64,000 nt of DNA from an uncultured Spirochaetia bacterium (GCA_964492025.1 CAZBHR010000002.1:106568-170567); one strand, 5' to 3'; shown: positions 48,129 to 58,937, numbered from the stretch's first letter. Numbers and translations are program-made. Notes: generated by a model from the sequence alone, not told the origin.

Positions 48129-49145
48129 GTGGCGATGAAAATATCCAGTCATCTATCTTTAAAATCTTTAAAAAAAAGAAAATTAGTTATGAAGCTTTGG
48201 CGCATCATTTCCCACGTCATTGCCTTATTTTTAGCAAAAGGAAAATTAATTATGAAGCACAAGGCGTTGTACCTTGTCTTCCTTCTTCCTGCGGTAATAA
48301 CTGCGATTCTTTTCCAGTATAGACCTATGGCAGGTGTGATTATGGCCTTCCAAGACTTTGATATAACCGCAGGATCCTATCTGGCATCTCCCTTTATTGG
48401 GTTTGAAAATTTCAAAACCTTTTTTGCAAATCCAAGGTTCTGGCAAGCTTTGAAAAATACCTTAGGCTTAGGTTTATACTCGCTTCTTGTTGTTTTTCCT
48501 CTTCCTATTATTTTTGCATTGGTCTTAAACGAGGTTCGTTTCCCAGGTTTTAAAAGGACAGTTCAAACTATTACCTATCTTCCTCACTTTCTCTCTTGGG
48601 TTGTAGTTGCCACTATGGTATACCGAATTTTAGATCCCGGTGCGGGTGTCATAAATCAGATAAGGATGTTTTTTGGTGCCGAGGCGCTCCCTTTTATGCG
48701 GGAGCCTGAGTTTTTCTGGCACGTTACCATTATTTCTAGTATCTGGAAAGAGATAGGGTGGAGTGCAATTATTTATATTGCTGCAATATCCTCTATTGAC
48801 CCTCAGTTATATGAGGCAGCAGTTATTGATGGTGCAGGACGATTTAGGAGAATGATGAGTATCACCTTACCTTCAATAGCTTCTACCGTTGCGTTGATGT
48901 TTATTCTAAAAATAAGTTCTATTGTGAGCTCTGGTGGGTTATTTGATGCGGTGTTTAACCTAAGTAATCCAATGGTAAATGAACGATCCTATACTTTAGA
49001 GATGTATGCGTATTATGAAGGAATTGTGTCCGCTAAATACTCCTACGCCACGGCAATTACTCTTACCCAGTCTGTAGTTGGACTTATTGTTGTTATTACG
49101 GCAAATAGTATCTATAAGCGAGTCACCCAGAAGTCGGTTTTTTAA
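48129..49145 (+). CDS. ABC transporter permease (LplB-like)
   Basis: 338 aa, polytopic, with EAA-like loop (YEAAVIDGAGRFRRMMSITLP). Start uncertain; downstream in-frame Met codons exist. Confidence 0.65.
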   Translation: MAMKISSHLSLKSLKKRKLVMKLWRIISHVIALFLAKGKLIMKHKALYLVFLLPAVITAILFQYRPMAGVIMAFQDFDITAGSYLASPFIGFENFKTFFANPRFWQALKNTLGLGLYSLLVVFPLPIIFALVLNEVRFPGFKRTVQTITYLPHFLSWVVVATMVYRILDPGAGVINQIRMFFGAEALPFMREPEFFWHVTIISSIWKEIGWSAIIYIAAISSIDPQLYEAAVIDGAGRFRRMMSITLPSIASTVALMFILKISSIVSSGGLFDAVFNLSNPMVNERSYTLEMYAYYEGIVSAKYSYATAITLTQSVVGLIVVITANSIYKRVTQKSVF

Positions 49146-49154
49146 GGAGAATAC

Positions 49155-50024
49155 ATGAAAAAAAGATTAAAAATATTTGATGTTGTAATTATTCTGGTAA
49201 TGATTCTTATATGTATTGCTACCTTATACCCTTTTATCTATGTAGTATCCTACTCACTCAGTGATGGGCATGCTGTTCTTACAAATCCAGTTAAACTCCT
49301 TCCTGTTGAGTTTACCTTTGATAATTATAGGGCTGCTTTTAATAATGATAGTATTACTCGAGCCTTTGGTATCTCCTTTTTAAGAACAGTTCTGGGAACC
49401 CTTTATACACTGGTTGTTACAGGGTTTGCGGCGTACATGCTATCTAAACGACACCTTCCGGGGAATAGATTTTTCTCTTACTTTTTAATTATTCCTATGT
49501 ATCTAAGTGGAGGAATGATTGCTACATACGTGAATATTGCTCACCTAGGATTAATGAATAGTTTTTGGGTGTATATTTTTCCCTATGGATTCCTCGCTTA
49601 CTACATGCTTATTATGCGAACCTTTTTTGCGGGTATTCCAATAAGCTTAGAAGAGTCTGCTCAGCTTGATGGTGCTGGTGATCTCCGTATCTTTTTCCAG
49701 ATTGTAGCACCTTTGTCAAAACCGGTTTTTGCAACCATTACACTATTTGCAGGTGTTCTTCAGTGGAATATGTGGTTTGATGCTATGTTATATGTTATGA
49801 ATTCAAATCTTCACCCCTTACAGCTTGTATTACAGAATGTACTCAAGCAGTCTGCGGGTCTGGCAAATATAAAAGCTGCTGCTCAAGCGGTAGAGATAAA
49901 AACTACCGCCGAGGCAGTTCAGATGGCAACATTGGTAATTGCAACAGTTCCTATTCTAGTTGTATACCCCTTTGTACAACGTTATTTTGTGAAAGGGGTA
50001 ATGATTGGGGCGGTTAAAGCATAA
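49155..50024 (+). CDS. ABC transporter permease (LplC-like)
   Basis: 289 aa, polytopic, EAA loop (EESAQLDGAGDLRIFFQIVAPL). Confidence 0.7.
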   Translation: MKKRLKIFDVVIILVMILICIATLYPFIYVVSYSLSDGHAVLTNPVKLLPVEFTFDNYRAAFNNDSITRAFGISFLRTVLGTLYTLVVTGFAAYMLSKRHLPGNRFFSYFLIIPMYLSGGMIATYVNIAHLGLMNSFWVYIFPYGFLAYYMLIMRTFFAGIPISLEESAQLDGAGDLRIFFQIVAPLSKPVFATITLFAGVLQWNMWFDAMLYVMNSNLHPLQLVLQNVLKQSAGLANIKAAAQAVEIKTTAEAVQMATLVIATVPILVVYPFVQRYFVKGVMIGAVKA

Positions 50025-50053
50025 ATTGGTTTTCATAAACTAAGGAGGAAATT

Positions 50054-51811
50054 ATGAGAAAGTGGAGTTTACTTTTGCTAGCACTACTAGCATCGGTTCT
50101 GGTTATCGCCTGTGGTGGTAAATCATCAGGGGGCCAGAGTGGTATTAGAGCAGAAGGGAGTCAAGAAAAAGATGTTATTGAGTTAACAATATCTATGATT
50201 CCTAAGTATGAATTGGGAGTTATGAAGCAGTTAAATAATCCTGATAATGTTATAGTTCCATACATTGAGGAGCGTTTTGGTATCCGAGTGAAAGAGGTTA
50301 TGAAGACACCTCCAGACATGACTACTACCCAGGCAGTTTCTATGTGGCGAGCTGCAGGTATGGCCCCTGACCTTATGCATAGTGGAGCAGAGGACTTTGG
50401 TAACTTGGTTGGATCTGGAATATTTGCTCCGTTGGATGAGTACTTAGAAGATATGCCAAACTATGAGAAATATCTACCTCGAAAGTATTGGTCTCGAGAG
50501 GTTGGAGAAGATGGAAGTGTGTACGCTTTTTATAACCTTCCAGGACAACCTTGGCCTCAACAGGAGCCACCTTCTGACGATGTAGTTACTCCAAGTATGC
50601 ATGGGCGAGCATTATGGGTAAGAGAGGATGTTCTTGAAGCTATTGGGTACTCCTTTACTCCTGTTATGGAGCTTAAAGCAGAGACCGTTGATAAAGGTAT
50701 TCGTCCTACCGCTGAGCAGTTAGCTATCTCTCCAGCTATAGACACTCCAGAGGACTTTCTTGAGTTCCTTCGAAAAATCAAAGCTGCAGATCTTAAGGCT
50801 ATGGATGGTTCAGATATGATCCCTTTCTCCATGGTGAGTTGGGAGACTTGGCACCTTGGTGTTATGTTTGACTGGGGATATTGGAGAATAAATGAAGAGG
50901 GTGAGGTTGATGGATACCTCGGTCTTCCTGGTGCAAAGGATTATATGGAGTGGCTCTGGACCGCTTATAGTGAAGGGCTTATTGATCCAGACTACCTTGT
51001 ACATAAGGGTGTTCAGTTACAAGAAAAAATTGCAACTGGTAAGATTGCTGCGGGCGAGTATGTACCAGACTCTATCGGAACCTTTGCTCAGTTAGAGAAT
51101 AATGTTCCTGGAGCTATTCGACACTTTATTCCATTTCCAAAGCAATCACCTGACTACGGATTTTATGATACTTACAATCCCCATCCATACTACAGAACTC
51201 TGATAAATAAAGATCTTTCAGAAGAGGCTAAAAGACGAGTAGCAGCCTTTGCAGATTGGCTTTATAGCGATGAGGGAATATCTATTATGGCGTGGGGACC
51301 AGAAGAGGCAGGACTCTATGAGGTTGTGGACGGAAACCGTCGATTCATTGATCCTCAGGTAGAAGAGGCCATTCTTAGTGGAGATATTGAAGGCGAGGGT
51401 GTGTATAAATGGGGACTATTTGATTCCGTACTTCAGTCTCCCGCTGACCCTCTTGCTCTTATGCTAGGACCAGAAGTACTCAATAGATCTGTATTTCATG
51501 ATTACGATAAGACAGGAAACTACATGTCCTTAATTAGTGGTATTGTTGGAAGTGAACCCAGTAATCTACCATTAGGTACTAAACTGCAGGTAGCAAACTC
51601 TGATCAATCTAAACTTGTACAGGGTGTTGCAGACTGGTACTGGGGTATTTTTCCTCAAACCTATCTACCTCAGTTACTCAAATCTAAGGATAAAGCTCAA
51701 TTTGAAGAAAGGTATGCGAACATGATGGATGCTTTCTATCGAGAAACTTCGTATGATAAAGCAAAAGAAAATATGGTAGAATATTTTAAAAAATATCCTC
51801 CAATGTATTAA
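50054..51811 (+). CDS. Large extracellular solute-binding lipoprotein (LplA-like)
   Basis: 585 aa, signal peptide with lipobox VIACGG; unusually long for a binding protein, as in LplA-type oligosaccharide binders. Confidence 0.65.
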   Translation: MRKWSLLLLALLASVLVIACGGKSSGGQSGIRAEGSQEKDVIELTISMIPKYELGVMKQLNNPDNVIVPYIEERFGIRVKEVMKTPPDMTTTQAVSMWRAAGMAPDLMHSGAEDFGNLVGSGIFAPLDEYLEDMPNYEKYLPRKYWSREVGEDGSVYAFYNLPGQPWPQQEPPSDDVVTPSMHGRALWVREDVLEAIGYSFTPVMELKAETVDKGIRPTAEQLAISPAIDTPEDFLEFLRKIKAADLKAMDGSDMIPFSMVSWETWHLGVMFDWGYWRINEEGEVDGYLGLPGAKDYMEWLWTAYSEGLIDPDYLVHKGVQLQEKIATGKIAAGEYVPDSIGTFAQLENNVPGAIRHFIPFPKQSPDYGFYDTYNPHPYYRTLINKDLSEEAKRRVAAFADWLYSDEGISIMAWGPEEAGLYEVVDGNRRFIDPQVEEAILSGDIEGEGVYKWGLFDSVLQSPADPLALMLGPEVLNRSVFHDYDKTGNYMSLISGIVGSEPSNLPLGTKLQVANSDQSKLVQGVADWYWGIFPQTYLPQLLKSKDKAQFEERYANMMDAFYRETSYDKAKENMVEYFKKYPPMY

Positions 51812-51831
51812 TAGGGAAATTATGTTTGTTT

Positions 51832-51854
51832 CGAGGGTGGCTCTGCCACCCTCG
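51832..51854 (+). terminator. Intercistronic stem-loop after the binding-protein gene
   Basis: Perfect 9-bp stem CGAGGGTGG / CCACCCTCG with a 5-nt loop, followed by TTATTGTATT. Lies 20 nt after the stop and upstream of the 978-aa ORF. Confidence 0.45.
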
Positions 51855-51922
51855 TTATTGTATTAGGGTAGAAAAAAGTTTTAACCATATGCTCGGGTGA
51901 GCAGTATGGAAAATAGAGAGGT

Positions 51923-54859
51923 ATGTTATATATGAAAGAGTTATATAGAGTAGGTGAGTGGGATGAGGAAACATTAGGAAATCATCGGCTTCTTATTCAA
52001 GCTGATGACACGCAACCCGCTGTTCATTGTATGGTTTCGTGGAGGCGATCTGATTTTAATCCAGAAAAGAAGGGTGTCTTTATTCGACCCCAGGGAAAGT
52101 CTAATTTTATTAAGAGGGTACATGTTAAGCATATTTCTCAAGAAGAGTTGGATCTTATTTTTGAGCCGGTACAAGGAGTAACCACCTATGAGGTGTATTA
52201 TATGCGATTCGAGGGTACCACCAGAGCCCCCTATTCTGTGATTAATTACCTTCCTGTACAAATATGTGAAGACGCCTCTTGGGTGAGCCAGTATAACAAA
52301 GTTGCCGAATCACTTCCACAAGCAGAGCTTATAGCTTTTGAATCATGTAGTGATTTTCACTCCTATTTTCCTATGGAAATCCCTGCAGGAACAGGAAGTG
52401 TAAAGGAGTTAACCGCTGCTCATGGTGATAAGAATTTTCTGATATTTCCAGAAGTTCGAGAGAACTCCATAAAAATGAGAAAAGACCTTCCTCATCATTG
52501 GGTTGAGCAAGGCCCTTTTGCCTCTCTTTCTTCTGAGGTTTTTCAAGGGGAGTATTACGTATTTCAACTTGGAGTTTTTGCTCATAGAGAGAATATTACG
52601 ATTAATAGTGTCTCTTTCTCCTTTCCTAAAAGCTCTGGAGCTTCTTCCTGGGATGGAACCTGTTTTAACCTTGAGGGTGTAAGTTATCTGGGAGAATCCT
52701 TTACAAAGGATATTATTCTTGTTAAAGGAGAGGTTCAGGCCTTATGGGCAGGGGTGCAAATTCCTGATGATATATCTCCATCAGTATATACTATCGATGT
52801 AACCGTAGAAACTGTTGAGTGTGGATCTGAAACGGTAACCCTTAAGCTAGACTGCCAAGGTAAGAGTATTGTTGATAAGGGTGATGATGACCCATACAGA
52901 TTATCTCGGCTTCGGTGGTTGAACTCTACCATAGGATCTGAAGATGCGGTTATTAGCCCCTATATTCCGGTTACCAGATCGGGAGATACCTTTGCCATAC
53001 TTGGTAGAGATGTAACTCTTGGAAAGAGTGGTCTTCCTCATGCAATCCACAGCTATTACACTCCAGAGGTTACTAGTGTGGGAGATGAAGCATTTCCTAT
53101 ACTGGGAGCACCTATGGAATTCTCCGTATTGGATCAGAGTGCTAGTGAAGTTCTATGGAGTAGGGAGTCTCTCGTTTTTCAAGATACTCCTGAAGCGACC
53201 CAATCTTTTTCTCAGGTAAGTAGTTCTCCATCTTTAGAGCAAAGGCTATCTGCAACAATTGAACCAGATGGGTGCCTAGAGTACTCCATGGTTCTTTCTG
53301 CAAAAGAGAGAACTGAACTCAAGGATGTTAGCCTCTCTCTCCCTTTTCATAAGAATGTACTCAAGTATATGCTTGGTTTAGGTTTTAAGGGTGGAGCTAT
53401 TCAAGATGACTTTGAGTGGAGTTGGAATACAAAAAAGAAAAATCAAGACTCCCTGTGGATTGGTTGTGAAAGGGGAGGTGTTCAGGTTTTCTTGAGCGAT
53501 GACCATTACAACCGTCCCCTTAACACAAACTTTTACCACCTACAGCCGTTGGTAACTCCCGTTTCTTGGGACAACCAGGGTAAAGGACGAATCACGTTTA
53601 AGAAACATACAGACTATGGTATGGTAACCTGTTCTAGTGGGGATCGAGTTATGGAGAAAGGGGAATCTTTGGTATTTAACTTTCGACTGCTCATAACACC
53701 ATTTCGACCAATTGATACGTATAAACAGTGGAACTCTCGGTTTATCCATGAATTTAAGCCACTGGATGAGGTTAAAGAGAGTAGGGCTAACGTAGTAAAC
53801 ATTCACCATGCGAAACCGGTAAACCCCTTTATTAATTACCCATTTTTGCGAACAAAGGAGCTAAAAGAGTATATTGATGAAGCCCATGATATGGATATGC
53901 GGGTACGACTGTATTACACCATTAGAGAGCTTACGAATCACGCTCCAGAACTGTTTGCCCTACGAAGTTTGGGGCATGAAGTGTTCTCTTCTGGTCCTGG
54001 GGGAGGGCAATCTTGGTTACAGGAACACCTGTATGAAGACTATATTGCGGCGTGGCATGTTTTTGAGTACGGCTGTTGTGCAATTGCCAATACAGGGTCT
54101 TCTCGCTGGACCAACTTTTACCTAGAAGGATTAGATTGGCTTACGCGAAAACTTAAGATTGATGGAGTGTATATTGACGACCTAGCATTTGGACGTGGAA
54201 CCATGAAGAGAATGCGACGAGTATTAGACACCCACCGTACAGATGCACTTATAGACCTTCACTCAGCAAATCAGTTTAACGATAAAGATGGATATGCAAA
54301 TAGTATTAACATGTATATGGAAAACTTACCCTATATTGATAGACTCTGGTTTGGTGAATACTTTGAGTATGATAAAGAACCGGAGTATTGGATGACAGAG
54401 GTTGCGGGGATACCCTTTGGCCTTATGGGCGAAATGTTACAAGATGGGGGGCATATATGGCGAGGAATGCTGTACGGTATGACCAGTCGTTATCCTCATG
54501 AAACAGGAGACCCCAGAAGACTCTGGGAAATCTGGAATGACTTTGGAATTTCCGATACAGAGATGTATGGGTACTGGTCTCCAAATATTCCTGTTGTAAC
54601 ACCCTGTGATGATATACTGACCACCGTATACCTGAAACCAGATGGAGCAGGAGCGATGATTGCAGTTGCTAGTTGGAACGATGAAGATGTATCTGTGACC
54701 TTTGACTATGACTGGGAAAAGCTTGGAATGAACCCTGATAAAGTAATAGTACGATCTCCTTATATTGAAAGAGATCAGGAGGAAGCGGAGTATCAGGTAG
54801 GGGAGAGTATTCCTATTAAGAAAAACCAAGGAGCAATACTTATTATCCAGGAGAAGTAA
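51923..54859 (+). CDS. Large cytoplasmic protein of unknown function, possibly glycoside-hydrolase-like
   Basis: 978-aa uninterrupted ORF with no signal peptide, co-oriented with the LplABC-like transporter. Start may be ATG 51923 or 51932. Function not recognisable by eye. Confidence 0.4.
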   Translation: MLYMKELYRVGEWDEETLGNHRLLIQADDTQPAVHCMVSWRRSDFNPEKKGVFIRPQGKSNFIKRVHVKHISQEELDLIFEPVQGVTTYEVYYMRFEGTTRAPYSVINYLPVQICEDASWVSQYNKVAESLPQAELIAFESCSDFHSYFPMEIPAGTGSVKELTAAHGDKNFLIFPEVRENSIKMRKDLPHHWVEQGPFASLSSEVFQGEYYVFQLGVFAHRENITINSVSFSFPKSSGASSWDGTCFNLEGVSYLGESFTKDIILVKGEVQALWAGVQIPDDISPSVYTIDVTVETVECGSETVTLKLDCQGKSIVDKGDDDPYRLSRLRWLNSTIGSEDAVISPYIPVTRSGDTFAILGRDVTLGKSGLPHAIHSYYTPEVTSVGDEAFPILGAPMEFSVLDQSASEVLWSRESLVFQDTPEATQSFSQVSSSPSLEQRLSATIEPDGCLEYSMVLSAKERTELKDVSLSLPFHKNVLKYMLGLGFKGGAIQDDFEWSWNTKKKNQDSLWIGCERGGVQVFLSDDHYNRPLNTNFYHLQPLVTPVSWDNQGKGRITFKKHTDYGMVTCSSGDRVMEKGESLVFNFRLLITPFRPIDTYKQWNSRFIHEFKPLDEVKESRANVVNIHHAKPVNPFINYPFLRTKELKEYIDEAHDMDMRVRLYYTIRELTNHAPELFALRSLGHEVFSSGPGGGQSWLQEHLYEDYIAAWHVFEYGCCAIANTGSSRWTNFYLEGLDWLTRKLKIDGVYIDDLAFGRGTMKRMRRVLDTHRTDALIDLHSANQFNDKDGYANSINMYMENLPYIDRLWFGEYFEYDKEPEYWMTEVAGIPFGLMGEMLQDGGHIWRGMLYGMTSRYPHETGDPRRLWEIWNDFGISDTEMYGYWSPNIPVVTPCDDILTTVYLKPDGAGAMIAVASWNDEDVSVTFDYDWEKLGMNPDKVIVRSPYIERDQEEAEYQVGESIPIKKNQGAILIIQEK

Positions 54860-54866
54860 TGAGTAG

Positions 54867-54898
54867 GGGGAAGGGCATCAAGCTCTTCCCCTTTTTTT
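54867..54898 (+). terminator. Intrinsic terminator
   Basis: Stem GGGGAAGGGC / GCTCTTCCCC (one mismatch) with loop ATCAA, followed by TTTTTTT (54892-54898). Confidence 0.65.
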
Positions 54899-55122
54899 AT
54901 ATTATAACTTGGGAAGAATACTTCTTTGAGGTGGCTTCTCTGGGGATGTTATCCACTCCAGAGTACTGGCTTATTCTTTAGTGGATATTTGGTAGTTCAT
55001 AATTTTAAAGCACTGTTCAGTATTTCAGATTCCTTTCTCAATATTTTCGAGCTAAAATATATTTTATAGTAGAACCAACCATCCTATTTTAGGTTTGTTG
55101 GTATAAATTTGGAGGTGAAGAT

Positions 55123-56157
55123 ATGAAAAAAATATTAGAACTAGGGTTTATACTTCTTATGAGCCTACTCATTTTAGTTTCTTGTGGAGATTCTGAGCAG
55201 GAAGCATCTGGGTCATATGAGAAAACATCAAATACACTGGTAATTTATAGTCCCCATAAGGCGGATATGATAAACCCAATTATCAAAGAATTTCAGGAAA
55301 CTACAGGCATAAAGGTTGAACTTGTTGCAGCAGGGACAGGAGAGCTTTTAAAACGAATCGAATCAGAGTCTAACAATCCCTTAGGTGATATCATGTGGGG
55401 TGGTGGAGCGGAGTCTCTTAACGCTTTTGGAGATTTTTTTACCGCTTACGAAAGCCCAGAGACTGCATATATTGACTCTAGCTTTATTGGGGCCAATCAT
55501 ATTTGGACAGGAACGAGTCCTCTCCCTATGGTAATAATGTATAACAAAAAACTTGTGAACCCAGAAGACGTTCCTCGTGGTTGGGAAGATTTACTTGATT
55601 CTAAATGGACTGGTAAAATTGCATATGCCGATCCTACACGATCAGGCTCATCCTTTACAATTTTAGCAACTATGCTAGAGGCTTTTAAAGATAGGGGGGA
55701 TGATGGTTGGTTTTTTATTAGAGATTTCTATAAAAATCTTGATGGAAAGCTTATTTCAGGATCTTCTGGTGTATACAAGGGTGTTTCTGATGGTGAGTAT
55801 TCTGTGGGATTAACCCTAGAGAAAGCTGCTATGGAGTATGTAAATGCGGGTGCTGATGTGGGTATTGTGTATCCTAAAGAAGGAACATCCTCTGCTCCCG
55901 ATGGGATTGCAATTATAAAGGGTGCTAAGAACATTAATAATGCAAAGGTGTTTTTTGACTTTGTTCTAAAATCAGAGACACAAAAATACGTATATGAAAA
56001 TTTTGCTTCTCGTCCAGTTCGCAATGATATAGAGCTATCTGAAACCATGTTACCAGTTTCAGATATTAAGCTTGTTGATTATGATCTTGAATGGGTTTCC
56101 GCAAACAAAGAGAGCATTGTTAAAAAGTGGAAAGATATTGTTATTGGAAAATATTAA
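55123..56157 (+). CDS. ABC transporter substrate-binding lipoprotein, iron(III)/cluster-D type, substrate unknown
   Basis: 344 aa, lipobox LVSCGD. The N-terminal pattern (LVIYSPH...TGIKVELVAAGTGELLKRI) resembles FbpA/AfuA-type binding proteins. Confidence 0.6.
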   Translation: MKKILELGFILLMSLLILVSCGDSEQEASGSYEKTSNTLVIYSPHKADMINPIIKEFQETTGIKVELVAAGTGELLKRIESESNNPLGDIMWGGGAESLNAFGDFFTAYESPETAYIDSSFIGANHIWTGTSPLPMVIMYNKKLVNPEDVPRGWEDLLDSKWTGKIAYADPTRSGSSFTILATMLEAFKDRGDDGWFFIRDFYKNLDGKLISGSSGVYKGVSDGEYSVGLTLEKAAMEYVNAGADVGIVYPKEGTSSAPDGIAIIKGAKNINNAKVFFDFVLKSETQKYVYENFASRPVRNDIELSETMLPVSDIKLVDYDLEWVSANKESIVKKWKDIVIGKY

Positions 56158-56220
56158 GATGTGTAGGGGAGACCTTTATGGTTCTTCCCTTACTTGAGCA
56201 TATGAGGAGAGTTTAATCAA

Positions 56221-57297
56221 ATGAGTCATATCAAGATAAGAAATGCTGTAAAAAAATATGGTGATTATAAAGCGGTTAATCATGTAAGTGTTGATATAGA
56301 GGAGGGTGAGCTATTTACGCTTCTCGGACCTTCTGGTTGTGGGAAAACAACCCTTTTAAGAATGATTGCTGGATTTAACTCTATCGATGAAGGTGAGATC
56401 CTCCTTGGAGAGTTGTGTTTGAATAATATTCCTGCCCATAAGCGTAATATTGGAATGGTCTTTCAAAACTATGCAATCTTTCCTCATATGTCAGTTTTTA
56501 AAAATGTAGCCTATGGACTTAAGGCTCGAAAGATTGAACGTGACGAAATTGAAAAACGAGTCATTGAAGCTTTGAAAATGGTTCAAATGGAGAGCTTTAA
56601 GGATAGAAGCCCATCTCAACTTAGTGGGGGTCAGCAGCAGAGGATTGCACTTGCTCGAGCAATTGTGATCCATCCTGATGTTCTTTTAATGGATGAACCT
56701 CTGAGTAATCTTGACGCAAAGTTACGAGTACAAATGAGGACTATTATACGAAAGCTTCAAAAGGATTTAAAGATTACGACTGTTTATGTTACCCATGACC
56801 AAGAAGAGGCCCTTGCAATATCCGATCGAATTGCAGTTATGAAGTTGGGAGAAATTCAGCAAATTGGAACTCCTAAGGAAATTTATGCTCATCCTAAGAA
56901 TACATTTATTGGAGATTTTATTGGAACATCAAATTTTCTTATAGGAGAAGTTACGAATACCAAGGAGGGGGCTACTTCTATTAACGTAGAAGGCTGTCCT
57001 ATCACAGTTCCTTTATCATTAAGTAATGCTCAAAAGGTTACTATTGCGGCTCGTCCAGAGGAGATCTGTCTCTCGGATGATGATTCTAAAGGATTACCAG
57101 CGTCTATTGTGATGAGTACCTTTCTTGGAGATTTTATTAATTATGAAGTTCAGCTTTCAAGTGGTAAAACTATTGAAGTGAACGAGTACACAAAGGATGT
57201 TTCTAGAGTCCGTACTGTGGGAGATCGTGTATTTGTGCATTTTGTGTATGAAAAGATTCATATTTATGATGAAGCAGGACAGGAGGTTCTTTTATGA
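56221..57297 (+). CDS. ABC transporter ATP-binding protein (FbpC/PotA-type, with C-terminal regulatory domain)
   Basis: 358 aa with Walker A (GPSGCGKTT), signature (LSGGQQQRI) and Walker B (LLMDEP). Confidence 0.8.
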   Translation: MSHIKIRNAVKKYGDYKAVNHVSVDIEEGELFTLLGPSGCGKTTLLRMIAGFNSIDEGEILLGELCLNNIPAHKRNIGMVFQNYAIFPHMSVFKNVAYGLKARKIERDEIEKRVIEALKMVQMESFKDRSPSQLSGGQQQRIALARAIVIHPDVLLMDEPLSNLDAKLRVQMRTIIRKLQKDLKITTVYVTHDQEEALAISDRIAVMKLGEIQQIGTPKEIYAHPKNTFIGDFIGTSNFLIGEVTNTKEGATSINVEGCPITVPLSLSNAQKVTIAARPEEICLSDDDSKGLPASIVMSTFLGDFINYEVQLSSGKTIEVNEYTKDVSRVRTVGDRVFVHFVYEKIHIYDEAGQEVLL

Positions 57298-58937
57298 AGT
57301 CCTCTCTTAATTTCTGGAGCGTAACTCGTTTTCTTATTTTTCTCTTACTTATCTTATTTTTGGTATATCCTTTTTCTGCTATGGTAAAGGAAAGCTTTAT
57401 CTCTGTTGAAACCGGTAGGTTTTCCTTTAGAAACTTTATCGATTTCTTCACTTATCCCTATTACTACCAAACTTTGAAGAATAGTTTTTCTGTTGTCTTT
57501 GCAGCAACATTTTTTTCAACTCTTATTGGGCTTCCCATGGCTTTCTTTGTTTCTCGATATAATATTCCCGGTAAGTCTACTCTTAATATGATGATTATTC
57601 TTTCATTACTGTCTCCTCCCTTTATAGGAGCGTACTCGTGGATACTTCTCTTGGGGCGAAATGGAATTGTTACAAGACTTTTTTCAAGTTTAGGGATAAC
57701 TTTACCCACAATATACGGGTGGAGTGGGATTGTTCTTGTTTTTACATTAAAATTCTTTCCATATATTTACTTGTTTGTTTCTGGGGCCCTAAAAAATGTA
57801 GATGCTTCTTTAGAAGAAGCTGCGGAAAACTTGGGCGTTTCTGGTATGAAAAAGTTATTTACCGTGACCTTTCCTCTTATTTTGCCTACAATTTTAGCGG
57901 GGGCACTTATGGTGTTTATGTCATCTTTGGCGGATTTCGGTACACCAATGCTCATAGGTGAGGGGTATAAGGTTCTTCCAGTCCTCATTTATGAGGAGTA
58001 CATGAGTGAGATTGGAGGAAATGCTTCAATTGCTAGTATGCTAAGTGTTGTAACTGTTTTTTGTGCTTTAATAGTATTGGCTATTCAAAAAATGGTTATT
58101 GCTAAAAAGTCATATGTTATGAGTGCTCTTAGGCCTCCTCAGATTGTTGAACTGACTCAAGGAAAGCGATTCTTATGTACTCTGTTCTGCTTTGGAATTG
58201 CTGGGATTGCAATGATTCCTCAGATTGTAGTTATTGTAACATCATTTATTAAAACAAGTGGACCTATCTTTGTAAAGGGATTTAGTCTTGACAGTTATCG
58301 AATGATTATTAATAGACTTTCAACAAATATTATTAACACATATCTCTATTCAACCATTGCCATTGTTATTATGGTTGTCTTGGGACTTCTTGTGTCCTAT
58401 TTGATCGTACGTCGAAAATCAAAGGTTAATAATATGTTAGATCTTCTTATAATGTTTCCCTATGTTATTCCTGGTGCTGTTCTTGGAATAACCTTACTTG
58501 TTGCGTTCAACAAAAAGCCACTACTCCTAAGTGGAACTGCAGCAATTATGATTATTGCCTATGTGATACGAAAGCTCCCTTATACTGTTCGATCAAGTAG
58601 TGCAATTTTGTATCAGATAGATTCAAGTATTGAGGAGGCTTCCATAAATCTAGGTGTTTCTCCGATGAAAACCTTTATAAAGGTTACTGCGGTGCTTATG
58701 GCTCCAGGAGTACTCTCTGGAGCTTTATTGAGCTGGATTACCACTATCAATGAGTTAAGCTCTAGTATTATTCTATACACAGGGCGAACAGGAACTATCT
58801 CTGTTGCGATTTACACGGAGGTGGTGCGAGCAAGCTTTGGTACAGCGGCCGCTTTAGCAACAATCCTTACGGTAACAACAGTTATTTCTATGGTTATATT
58901 TAATAAGTGTTCTGGTGGGAAGGGGATAGCCTTGTAG
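57294..58937 (+). CDS. ABC transporter permease, fused two-domain (FbpB-like)
   Basis: 547 aa with two EAA-loop regions (EEAAENLGVSGMKKLFTVTFPL and EEASINLGVSPMKTFIKVT). 4-nt overlap with the ATPase gene. Confidence 0.7.
   Translation: MKSSLNFWSVTRFLIFLLLILFLVYPFSAMVKESFISVETGRFSFRNFIDFFTYPYYYQTLKNSFSVVFAATFFSTLIGLPMAFFVSRYNIPGKSTLNMMIILSLLSPPFIGAYSWILLLGRNGIVTRLFSSLGITLPTIYGWSGIVLVFTLKFFPYIYLFVSGALKNVDASLEEAAENLGVSGMKKLFTVTFPLILPTILAGALMVFMSSLADFGTPMLIGEGYKVLPVLIYEEYMSEIGGNASIASMLSVVTVFCALIVLAIQKMVIAKKSYVMSALRPPQIVELTQGKRFLCTLFCFGIAGIAMIPQIVVIVTSFIKTSGPIFVKGFSLDSYRMIINRLSTNIINTYLYSTIAIVIMVVLGLLVSYLIVRRKSKVNNMLDLLIMFPYVIPGAVLGITLLVAFNKKPLLLSGTAAIMIIAYVIRKLPYTVRSSSAILYQIDSSIEEASINLGVSPMKTFIKVTAVLMAPGVLSGALLSWITTINELSSSIILYTGRTGTISVAIYTEVVRASFGTAAALATILTVTTVISMVIFNKCSGGKGIAL

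Noticed and set aside
54900-55122. Possible thiamine pyrophosphate or other riboswitch in the 260-nt leader of the iron-type ABC operon; likewise a cobalamin or SAM riboswitch upstream of metH (21867-21943).
   Set aside because: No conserved riboswitch core motifs were recognisable by eye, and the metH leader (about 77 nt) is too short for a B12 or SAM-I aptamer. An Rfam covariance scan would be needed to exclude them formally.
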